A stretch of DNA of 64,000 nt from Lytechinus pictus (Eukaryota): the NCBI RefSeq assembly GCF_037042905.1, contig NC_087247.1, positions 38,378,001 through 38,442,000 on the forward strand, written 5' to 3'. The position numbers and the translations under genes were made by a program. Positions 1-11,600 of the stretch are shown here, one piece after another. Position 1 is the stretch's first letter. Each line of letters begins with the position of its first letter. The notes beneath the pieces are model-generated. The model was given only the letters and a program-made list of their open reading frames with translations. It was not told the DNA's origin and made no database searches.

Positions 1-517
1 CTTAAGGTAAGCTTAACTCACCGACAGTAGCGCTTTGTTTCCCTCCCTCCCTTATATATTTCAATCTTCGTAAGGGAATAATGATTATACTCCAGCCTAT
101 AATCCTTGCCATAGACACATACTCATGTACACTGTAAGCATGAAGTTCAACGTCATTCCAAAGGTCGTCAAGCGTGACCTCTTCCACATATCATTTCCTC
201 TGGGCCGATATTGTGAACTTTGACTCACTCAATATGATTCAAAATCAAATTCATTGTAACAACGAGCTTAGGTTGGCGTCTCTGAAGTATTTATGTACGT
301 ATGCATACCATGTATGAATGTATGATGTATGTATAACTGTGTATATTCTCATACTCCGAAAGGGGTCGACAGAATAAAGTTTCAGTTTCAGTTTTCGGCT
401 TTCACAATAGCTCTTGCGATCGTTAGCGATCATTTGGTTACAATATATGTTGCACAGAATCGCAACAGTTGTAAGCAGTCGCACCACCGATTGTGAAAGG
501 GGCTTAAATTAGGCAAC

Positions 518-847
518 ATGGCAGCGTCTTCTTCTAGTGAAGGTCCAGGTTCTCGCGATGGAAGTCGTACCATCATCTGGTGTGTACCCCGCACTGTCTC
601 TACGGCGCTTTTAAAGTGTCTCAGCTTTATTGAAGATATAGAAGTATGGTTGGAACCTTTTGGCAACTGCAGAAGTACCCAAGTGCACGTTAAACAAATG
701 TATGGATTTGAACTACCGAACAAATACGAAGGAAGTGAAGAGATGTTCAAGGATGTGGCCGATAAAATTAGAGCATTTGGATTGGGTACTATTACCAAAC
801 CAGAATATCTATCGTAAGTCAAAATACGCGTGGTGGTGGACTGGTGA

Positions 848-878
<31 letters not shown>

Positions 879-3800
879 TTACTGCATTTTTAATTGAAAA
901 TTCCACATTTTTTTTGTAAATTACCAGAATGTGCAGGAAAGGGGCAGATGGGTGGGCTAAAATTTTGGGAGGAGCGGCTTAGCCGGTATGATTTCAAATC
1001 ATAGACCAGGCAAAAGTCTGTGCACGATCTGTGTATTATAATGGATCGCACTTTGCGTCTGTATTATCATGATTATTGTGTTCAATCAAATATATTATCG
1101 CATTAGATATTGTATAAACAGTGCTTTAAATTGTGTAAACATGATATATTTTAGGAGATGTTTTTCATTTCCGCTAGAGTGCTTAATAGCTCATTTTCAA
1201 GTTTGCATATCAAACAATGTAGCTCACCCATCATTTCTTCAATGGTATAGTTCTCCTGCTCAAGAATTCAGAATGTGGTTGAGATGTCCATTTTCCGGTA
1301 TATTATCTAAAATTGGTTTGCGTTTCGGGGTTTCGTGCTACATACTTCGGTCGCATTTGCTCTACGGCGGGTGTACGGCGACCGTAGTTACCTGATTCGA
1401 GAGATTTCTGCGGCGGCCGCAGAAAATCTGCGGTGGCCACAGGGTCGACGTACGGTGGATTTTTTTACAGAGCGTAGGAGTGGCCGTAGAATTATGACGC
1501 GGAGTTATAACATTTTTTTTTCATTTCTACGCTCGCGAACGGTCTACGGCGGCCGTACGCCGAGCGTACGGTGGCCGTGCGGCTGCCCTGGTGTTCTTCT
1601 TCCCTACTTTCACCTTCTCCTTTGGTGTTCTCTGCTTGGGATGTATCAGGCGCGTATCCAGGATTTTGCACACCGGAGGGCCCGACCTAATTTTGGCGCC
1701 CCTGCGTACTTTTCGGGAAAAAAATGGCAGCCCATCCCTGTCAGGCAAATATAGGCGCCTAACATGCATGTTGAATAATCTTATTTCATAATTTCATAAT
1801 GAGAAAAGGACCACAGACCACTTTTTAATGATGTGTTCGTGAAAAGCAAAATATCCATAAATATGATGCAATACCACTTTTTAAAAGAATAAATGCGACC
1901 AGAAGCATACAATTTCAAATACGTTGGATTTAAATCAGTAGTTTGACTTCTCATCAGAGCAGGCCCTATTAGAATTATATAGGTGGGAGCTCTAATTTCT
2001 TTAGCAAGGGTGGATCTAGCTTTCGCCAATAAGGGGGGGGGGGTATTTTCATCCATATTTTCCCGATCGGGCGTGAAGGCGTCTTGGTCTCGTCTTTCAT
2101 CAGAGGGCCGTTGGTTCAAATCCAAGCCATGGCGTTTTTTCCTTCAGAAAGAAATTTACCCACGTTGTGGTGCACTCGACCCAGGTCAGGTGAATGGGTA
2201 CCCGGTAGGAAGAAATTCCTCGAACGCTCGAGCACCCGATCAATGTAGCCATGCTAAAGCCGGGGTAATAATAACATTATCGTGTTAGGCATGGCCCACT
2301 GGGAGAACAGTTGAACAGATGAAGCGGCTATCCTGGGTAAAAATATGATGTTATCATTATTGTTATTATTATTGTTATTGATATAATTATTTAATATTAT
2401 TATTATTACTATCATTATCTATATTATCGGGGGTTAAATGCTGATTTTTGTTGTTTTTTGAGGGTGTAGTCCTTACAAAAAACTAACGGGTTCATTAACA
2501 TCCTAGCTTTATTTATACAAACATGTTAAGGGATATTTATTTCGTAATTCCAAATAAATAATGCGAACGCTAAGCGATAGATATTGTTTGATAATTTTTG
2601 TACTTAAACCTGAAATGTTTTGTAAACATGAGCAGGATGGGTTTCTATCTAAACAAATGATGCGAGCGCGAAGCGCGAGCCGAACCTTTTTTATATACTG
2701 AACCGATATTTAGAAATTGTAATCACTATTGGTAATCATAATTAGGATGTGCATCTTACTATCATTTGATAAGAGCGCGAAGCGCGAGCTGAACATTTTT
2801 TATATTCCGATCCAAAACTGGACACTTTAAGCAATTTTGGTAATCATTAACAGGATGTCAATCTAACTAATCATTCGATGCGAGCACCAAACCCATGTGA
2901 AACATGAATTTGGAGCTTCCGGCCAATATTCAAACTGGCGCCCCAAAGGTCGAACATCAATTTAGCGCCCTTTGTTTCCGGTCAATTTGTCAATCAAACA
3001 TGACTTAAGCAACCCAAGTAAATCATCGAATTGGCAACCCAATAATAAAGGTCGAATATGAATTTGGCGCCTCCTCCCTAGGTCGAACATCAATTTGGCG
3101 CCCCCAGGTTAAAAATCAAATTGGCGCCCGAAATATAGAATATAAATTCCATGCCCCCTTCCTAGGTCGAACATCAATTTAATACTTTTTTCCTCTTTCT
3201 CTTCCCCTCTTCTTTCCTTTTCCCTTCTCTATTTTCCTTCTCTCTTTCTTTTCCCCCTTTTCTAGCACTTTCTCTTCTTTTCCCCTCCTTTTTTGATCTC
3301 CCTTTTCCTCTCTATCCTTCCTCTTTTCGGCGCCCCCTTTTTGCCTATCCGAGGGGGGCGGGCCCCGAAAGCCCCCCCCCCCCCACCAGCCCAAAGTGCG
3401 CGCATGGGCATGGTGCGACACTTTGGAAATTTTCTGAAATTAAATGTCTATTGTAAAAATCAGAATAATTTTGACAAGCAATTCATTGTATACTCATCGT
3501 TATAGTCCCCCTGTGGCCGCCGTGAGGGCGCCTTGCGGCCACCTTGCGTCTGCCGTAGTATTTATCAAAACCTACGGCCGGCGCAGGGTCGCCCGACGGC
3601 GACCGTACGTCATCATTTAAAGGACGTATGTCGTCCGCAGATTTTCTGTCTCTATATATGAATTAAAAAATACGCCGTGCGGCGACCCTAACATAATGGA
3701 CCGCTACATGGGAAATTCTGCGGCGACTGTAGAATTGCTACTCCCCGTAGAAGTTTTAGAATCTACGGCGGTCATAGCAAATGTGACCGAGGTATAAATG

Positions 3801-4991
3801 TTCATGTGACATGTGACTGATTACAGTCGCATTAAGATTTGTCTAGCATCACATTTCTAACCCTTCCTGCAACTTGTATTTTAATAATATTATGTTTTAT
3901 CATGATGTAGAATGATGACCCTCAGATTATAAAAAATACAAAATAATCAGTACTTTTCTATCAAATTGAAAAAAAATGTATTCCCATATATAAAACTTTT
4001 TGTATGGTTCGGATTATTCTATAAGGAGTTGCGTAAGACATATTGTTTTTACGCTGATTGTAATTCATTTTTGGATTTAAGAACGTCGAACTTCCATACG
4101 ATTTTTATCGAAAAATTTGTTTAAAATTTGATATAGAGTCAATGTAAGATTTTGGAAAATGTCCGCTTTTGCTTGGAATCACCCATATATATATACACAC
4201 ACACATATATATATATATGTGTGTGTGTGTATATAAAATCTGCTTCCATCATCTCAAATATATCCCCAATGAAATCGTGGATCCACCCCTGTTTGAAAAA
4301 AACCAATTTTAAAATCTTATCTTATTTAATCAACAGGTATGCGTCCATTGGTCATCAGCTGGAAGAATCAAGTAGCAGACACGTCTTGGTCAAAGATATG
4401 GCTCTCGCTGTTTCTCATGATCAGAAGAAGTTTATCCCAAAAGGCTTCAAGCATATCTTCTTGATACGCCATCCTCTCCGTGTGTTCAACTCAACACGAA
4501 AATCGACTTTCAACCAACTATCAGCTCTGGGTCTACTAACCGGGGAAGCTGCAGTCGAAGAAACATTCGACGTAGATTACGGCTACCCATATGGAAACGG
4601 ATCAGCTTCGATGATCTTCAAAGACCTCTACGATATGTTGAAGTATGTCCAAGAGGTGCTTGGTCAAGAAACGGTAATCTTCGACAGCGATGAATTGCTG
4701 TCTAATCCATCTGTGATGCTTCCGAAGATATGCCATGCAGCAGGCCTGCCGTATAATGAATCTCTCCTGAAATGGGATTCGTCTACCGAAGTGACAAAAA
4801 GCTGGAGGGTCCACGCCGATGGTTTCGTTGACAAGATCATACACTTCTACGAAACCGCTATTAAGAGCAGCGAATTTTTGCCTTCTAGCAAGATGCCATC
4901 ACGTGACGAGGTTAAGCCTGACGTCATTAAATGTACTGATCTGGCTATGAAATACTATAATGAAATGTACGAAGCGAGACTCAAGGTCTAG
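518..4991 (+). CDS. P-loop sulfotransferase-like protein (BCAT-like N-terminal domain type); exons 518-813 and 4337-4991, 316 aa
   Basis: ATG at 518; donor TC|gtaagt at 814; acceptor caacag|G at 4336/4337 restores the frame (TC+G=Ser); 951 nt ending in TAG. Motifs IIWCVPRTVSTALLKC (5'-PSB-like PRxxST) and HIFLIRHPLRVFNS (3'-PB-like RxPxxxxxS), plus DSDELLSNP..LPKICHAAGLPY..LLKW. Confidence 0.85.
2070..2420 (+). mobile_element. tRNA-derived SINE (diverged)
   Basis: B-box-like ggttcaaatcc; core gcactcgacccaggt..gaatgggtacc shared with the copy at 23891-24205; (ATT)n tail. Confidence 0.7.
2540..2890. repeat. gcgagcgcgaagcgcgagc tandem/interspersed repeat (~110-bp units)
   Basis: Motif recurs about 4 times; same family as 15770-16495. 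Confidence 0.65.
2905..3180. repeat. Degenerate minisatellite ggtcgaacatcaatttggcgccc
   Basis: About 7 degenerate copies. Confidence 0.65.
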
Positions 4992-5425
4992 TTTCTGATG
5001 ATGACCATTTGCAGCGGGAGAGCGGGGGCAAGGGACATCTCTCTAAACAAATTTTAAGAAAAAAATATTGAAAAAAAATGAAATGCAAAGTTGTTTTGAA
5101 GTTCACAAGGAGAGCGCACCAAAGCTCGATATCTTATAAAAATCTAAATTGTCCTCTCTAACATGTACAATTATGTTGCCCCCCCCCCCGAGAAAAAAAA
5201 CCGGCTGTACATGTATACGGCCACAATACAGGGTGCGAAGTTCTCCATTCCATCTGTCAATATACTTAATGTCATCAATTAAATTCCATATATTTTCACC
5301 CATCAAATACGAAGAAAAAAAAAACAATTTATAGGAAAAATGTAAGGACTAGAATGATTGTCTAATGATTGTTGTTAAATATTAGGATGACGAAGATGCT
5401 CATAATGGTGAGTAAGAATGATATG

Positions 5426-5780
5426 AATAGCAGTAGCAGCGACAGTAGTAGTAGTAGTAGAACAGNNNNNNNNNNNNNNNNNNNNNNNNNNNNNNNNNNN
5501 NNNNNNNNNNNNNNNNNNNNNNNNNNNNNNNNNNNNNNNNNNNNNNNNNNNNNNNNNNNNNNNNNNNNNNNNNNNNNNNNNNNNNNNNNNNNNNNNNNNN
5601 NNNNNNNNNNNNNNNNNNNNNNNNNNNNNNNNNNNNNNNNNNNNNNNNNNNNNNNNNNNNNNNNNNNNNNNNNNNNNNNNNNNNNNNNNNNNNNNNNNNN
5701 NNNAGTAGCAGCAGTAGTAGTAGAGGTAGAAGTATAAGTAGTAGTAGAAGAAGAAGTAGTAGTAGTACTAATAGTAGTAA

Positions 5781-5824
<44 letters not shown>

Positions 5825-5825
5825 T
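5426..5825. repeat. (AGT)n microsatellite spanning the assembly gap
   Basis: AGT runs on both sides of the N block. Confidence 0.9.
5466..5703. other. Assembly gap (238 N)
   Basis: Run of N. Confidence 1.
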
Positions 5826-6064
5826 AATTATTGCATCACTATCGCTGCTCAGAGGTGCGTTGCTGCGAATGAAGTTTTTTTTAATCAAAACATAATTCAT
5901 TGCAATGTGGTATATTTTCTGGAGGATTTGAAAAAGAAAATAGATGACAAGAGTTTGGTTCCAGAAAAAAATGGATTAGAAATAATAACAATAATAACAA
6001 TGGATTCTTGTAAAGCGTAAACGTCTGCCAGGCATGACGCTCATGGCGCTATGTACAATCATAC

Positions 6065-7125
6065 CAATACATCTTAATGTTAATAAAAGCATTTGCATGT
6101 TATTTGGGACTGGGACAATGCTATCTAAATGTAATACTTTAAATGTAACTTTATCTGGTAAACGTATTGATCAACGAAATACTGTTAAATATATGGGAAT
6201 GTACCTTGATCCAAAGTTGAAATGGAATATACATATTGACGAAATGTGCACTAAAATTAGTAAGGTAGTCAGTTTTCTGGCCCGTCTTAGACATTTTATA
6301 TCAGAATCCAATCTTAAGATAGTTTACAATTCTATTATCCTTCCACTTTTTGATTATGCAGATATTGTTTATGATTCGGCAAGCAAAAAATACACTGACC
6401 GTTTGCAAAAATCACAAAATAAGACCGGACGTCTCATTTTAAAAATAAATCCGTTTCAAACAATGATATTCATATAAAATTAGGATGGCAGTCTCTCAAA
6501 TCAAGGCGTAAATCACATTTAAACATAATGGTATACAAATCCCTTCATAACTTAGCCCCACCTTATTTAGAAGAGTCTTTCCAATATTGTAATTATTCGT
6601 ATTCTCTCCGATCGCAAGGAAATATTAAAATTCCCAAACCCAAGAGTAAATGCTGTCGAAGAACGTTTTTATATAGAGGATCACGAGAATATAATGATCT
6701 ACCATCTACAATAAAATTATCAAATAGCCTATTTACTTTTTATAAAAATCTAAATCAGATAATTCAGTCTTGCCCTGACCTTTAAAAGAAATACTAGCGA
6801 CAAGTGGGTGGGTGGGGGGGGGGGTCGCGTTAGGGTATATGTGTATTCTCTTGCATTGTTTTTCATTATTGTTTAGCTCAATTATTTCTAATGTATAATT
6901 CTATTTTATATCATGTACAGTAACTGTTATGTCATGTTATGTACAGTAACTGTTGTTACATATTCTCTGGACCCCAGGGAAGAACAGTTTTGTTATATTA
7001 ACAAAGCTGAGTGGGTTTATCCAGCCATCTCACTATACTTTTGATTTTATTATGTATACATACATTTACCTTGTATTGTTTTTTTAACATTGTGATATGG
7101 AAAATAAATACCAATACCAATAAGG
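6065..7125 (+). mobile_element. 5'-truncated L2/CR1-group LINE: C-terminus of RT ORF2, frameshifted, plus 3' UTR
   Basis: LNVNKS..VKYMGMYLDPKLKWNIHID..LKIVYNSIILPLFDYADIVY..LQK.QN..RLIL; LGWQSL..RR; MVYKSLHNLAPPYL; YNDLPSTIK; ends in aataaa(tacca)n. Confidence 0.88.
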
Positions 7126-7817
7126 AAATAAATAAAATGTTACATATTCATATAAATCACATTAAAAAGTAGATATATTAATATCAATATTACAACACAT
7201 GATACGGGAATATCCAATGAATGTAAGTTGAATTCGCCATAAAAATAAATTATGAGTTGAAGTCACTCAATCCTAAATAAAAAAAAAAGCTACAGTTATT
7301 GAAAGTTTATTCAATAGAATTTTTATCATCTAAATGTATGTTGTTAACATTGTATCAGAAAAAGTTTCACGATATTTAATTTCTTTCTCATTCGCTTGGG
7401 GTGTTCATTCTGCGAACTTTTCTTGTATGATAATCTGAATAAAGGTTACACACAAAAAAACTCGTCACGTGGAAGTAGTAAAATTATACAGACACGTTTT
7501 GGGAAATGAATGATTTGTATAGGCAGGCTATATTTTCAGACATCTTTGTCAATGGTTATTTTTGTAAGCTCCGCTTGTTCTTTTATAATACAACATTATA
7601 CATGTTTAAACACAACATTTCGTTTGATATATCACTTATTCATTTCTTGTGTTGGAAAAATGTTCTATTAATATTTGTGTACATCTTGCTCAAATACTGA
7701 AGGGGAATGATTGATAAGGTGTATCATAGATAGCATTCTAAATGTCTCACAAATGTTCCTTTAATCCAGCTACTTTTGGAAGTTATTGATTCAGAAGCCT
7801 GATGTTCGAGACCTGCT

Positions 7818-7849
7818 TCACATCTTTCTGACAATAATTTTCATGTTGT
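7818..7849 (-). CDS. Candidate short terminal coding exon of the lectin-kringle gene (DNMKIIVRKM*)
   Basis: Strong acceptor tgtttttcag| with the correct phase, an early TGA, an AT-rich tail and a minus-strand AATAAA near 7306-7311. No homology support. Confidence 0.35.
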
Positions 7850-8517
7850 CTGAAAAACACTAAATGATGTCTCATTTGTACATGTTTGTAACTGTCAAAT
7901 TACTCCTTTATATAGGAAACATGTATATCCTATAGTGTCAATTTATTCAATGTGTATTAAAAGAGCAGTACAGAGTAATATTTTTGCTCATGGTGCCAAT
8001 AAAAAAGGCGATCCCCGGACTTTCATGCGTCTATATTAGACCACTCGACCGCCGTGCCTCAACACACTCACACACAAACACGCACACCCTAGCTAGTACA
8101 CACCCACTCATTGTACAGGGGCGGCGCCGCGATAATTTGAAAGGGGGACAAGGAGACATAAACATGCTAAATGTCACATCATTATTTTTCTTTGTTAACA
8201 AAAGCAGGGGCAATTTAACGTTATGCAATAATTCATACCTCTCATTTTTATACTCCTCTTCCTTCTTTCTTCTCGGTTTTTTTCTTTGTTCTCTACTATT
8301 TCTCTTACTATTCTAAAATTGCCCCTGTCCCACCCCTGGACGTCACTCTGCATGCCTATAAACATCCTCTCACAAACTGTACTTCCCACCCTTTACTAAT
8401 ATACACCTCCTCTCTCATCATCATTCACGCACACATTATGTACTCTCTCTAACACACCCACAATACCCACATCACTCACCCACACACGCAATCATGAATT
8501 ACTACGTGCGATCATAC

Positions 8518-8694
8518 CTCTTGAAAGCAGACCGGCGATGTGCGTCATTTCGCCTTCACTATGTATGGTAGCAAGTTTAGCATCCAGCAAGTCGCAACTG
8601 GCTCGAGCCTTAGTCCATGAGACAAAGTCTCGCTGTACCAAGTAGCAATGAGAGCCGTAGCCTTCCCAATCCGTTGGACACAAAGATCCGGGAG
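8518..8694 (-). CDS. CTLD6, first-half exon
   Basis: [34 protein letters not shown]; no WIGL or WND exons found downstream. Confidence 0.85.
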
Positions 8695-11600
8695 CTGCAA
8701 TGTATATATTAAGACCCATGGAATACAAATGTCGTTCCCTGGATAATTTGAGGGTTTAGTTATCAAACAAGTTATTAAAAAATAAAATCAGACATGCAAA
8801 AACACGTAATTTCAGCTTCGATATATATATATATGCATCGGAAAGTTTGTGGCATCCTCAGAGCGAAAAAAAATACGCTGTAGAGTAACACAGAATTAAT
8901 GTGTAAATTATCTATTAATTATCCATTCTATGGTGAAGAAATAAGTCTCAAACCATACTATGCGGATAATAAGATACCTGAAGAAAACAACTCAAACTTA
9001 ATCATTTAAAAATAGGGCTTCCCCGGATAGACACGACACGGACAATTAAAAAGCAGCATATAATTACCTAGGGTTGTTGGTGCGACAGAAGAGCCAATGA
9101 CATTCTTGCCTGTGTACAAATGAAAAATCATACATTTTTTAAAAATGAAACCAAGAAAGCAGCATGGTTAAAATTACAATATTTACTTCTATTTGTAGGT
9201 TTGGTGATAGATTTTGGAAATGAGGCATTGGTCGCAATAAGCCTGTATTTCATTGTTTCCATGTTTACCAAGGTAAGGAGAGAACAGCAACATTAGGAGG
9301 GTGTGTGTGACAGGATAAATCATATTAACGTAAAATGCATGAGAGTGTGTGCGTGTGGTGTGTGTGTGAGTGGATGAATGTTTGCGTAAAATAGTATACA
9401 ATACAATTCATCGAGGATATTAGTAAAAATTTATCACACGAAGTACCCTTGGAACAGTTCTAAAACTATTACGAAGGTACCAGTAGTGAGTAACTATTTT
9501 CAAGTCCGACCAAAATGATGTATATTAAGTTTTCTATGAAGATAATGAAGTCGATCCTTGTTAATTGATAATCAATCCTCGTTTCAAAACCATGACCGGT
9601 CACTAGTAACCGTCATCAGCAAATTTGCGTGTATGCTAAAATAAATGACTCGTCATGTGACATATTTCTTCTAATCATTTAATCATATTAGTGTGGGTAT
9701 GAAGTAGGTCAAAGTCGAATCGACTTCATTCTATTTGCTCAATGATTTATATCGCATTTGACAGTTTGATAAAATATTATAATGGATATTCAAAATCTTA
9801 CTTCTTTTCTTGCAGATGTAAGGAAACGTAAGATCACACTTTTCGTCGGACCACATTCCGTTTCCTCTTGCCATATACACACATTCTTCAATCCCCTGAA
9901 GGTTATCTGGTTGACCTAGTTTAAAAAAATGACAACAGTAAACATAATTTAATAAAATAAATTTCATATTTTAGTTTGCAACTCGTCGTTATCAATGCAA
10001 CGTTGTAAACACGATAGTACAATGAAAGTATTTCCAACAAACTCTTTCTTACCTTCTAGTCATATTTGTGTAATCATGGTAATAGGCCTGTTACTCATCG
10101 TTTTTACTTCTTGAAACTATTACTTTCTTTATATAGATTATTATAAATAACGTGTAAAAATAAATTTGTCATTATATCAGACAATAACTGATTCATATTT
10201 CCCAATTTTCCCAATTAAAAAAATACTTTATAAAAAATCGAATTCACAATGATAGAGAAAACGGATCCTGTAATTACACCGAATATTTTCAAGGTAAGAA
10301 TATGAAACATGGGCCAATAAGATTTAGACCAAATGAAGACGGTTCTTCTAGAAATGGTATTATGTGATTGTAGACCAATCATAAACCTGTTTCCCCCAAT
10401 GTTTTGTAAAAATGGCAATCATTTATTTAGTGACGATGAAGGTACCTGGTTGCCAATTTAAGTAAGAGAAAGGACTTGCATCTGTCCATTCCCAGCCTGC
10501 CTCCTGAAATCGATCATTTGCTCCTATCCAGAAACCTTCTACTGGTGATAATGAGATCATTCCTATATTAAAAAAGATATTGAGTCATTTATGGATTACT
10601 TCATAGAATATCAGATTATTGATATACATTATTTAATTTGATACACTTGTACTGATTATTGATGATAAGGGTAAAATATAACAATGATGATAAAGTCACG
10701 ATGATATCGCGAAATAAAACAACGACGATGATAACAATTATGATAATATTAGAAATGTGGCCACAGCACAAGATAATCGTTAGACTAACCGACTATAAGA
10801 TTCGACTCCGCCTCGGATAAGATACTGAGGAGATTGGCATCTTCACCCTCACACGCTTGTTGTGCTTCATCGAAACTTAGCGTTGAATCCTGTTCTATCT
10901 TATAACACCATTCCTCAGATGGGTCAGCTCTCCATCCCTCGCCCCCACAAGCTTCTGCATCGTTTCAGGGAAAAATAAATATGAGAGTTAAATGCGTTTA
11001 GGTGATACGGTGGAAACGATTTAAAGTAAAATGGTATTTGAGTGCAACTATTGAATAAATTGATCAATGATTTGCTCCTAACGCATATATTATTCCACAG
11101 AATTGAGGAGGGCAATTATCAAACTGTGTGGATCCGAAATGGGTGTAAGAAAATTCTGTTTGCGGGGAAAAGGATTACATACGAAATATTGTCCTCTTTT
11201 GACAAACATTAATAAGGGCTACGGTTGAAAGAAAATGGCCGAGGGATGATGGGATGTCGGATATTTAATGAATAAAAAACAAATGACAAGCGATGGTAGT
11301 TATTGTTACTTTGGCTGCGTATAATTTGCGTACAGTGACAATTAAAAATCATTCGGGGACCACTTGTTTTAACATTAATGTATGCATCAATTTGCAAAGC
11401 ACAAGTCTATATTTTATGCTTCTCTCCACCTAGAATAAGTGGTAAGCTGGAATGTTCCCCTGAGAGTGGAGAATGTACATACATTTTATGAGGGGAAGCA
11501 CATTTCGAATTCAGTAACAGGGAACGTAATAATAATGCACTAACCATATTCATAAATAACAATATCACTATATTTTCATATGGATATCGATTGATATGCA

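Larger units (their letters stand above)
1342..3795. mobile_element. TIR-bounded non-autonomous DNA element, split by nested insertions
   Basis: Left end atacttcggtcgcatttgct (1342) is the inverted match of agcaaatgtgaccgaggtat (ends 3795). GC-rich tacggcggccgta motifs occur only at 1342-1590 and 3505-3795. Confidence 0.55.

Noticed and set aside
4152-4336. N-terminal extension of ORF 4152-4991
   Set aside because: Intronic (TA/CA microsatellite); the real exon starts at 4337.
5369-5900. Poly-Ser and poly-Leu ORFs
   Set aside because: Translation of the (AGT)n microsatellite and the N gap.
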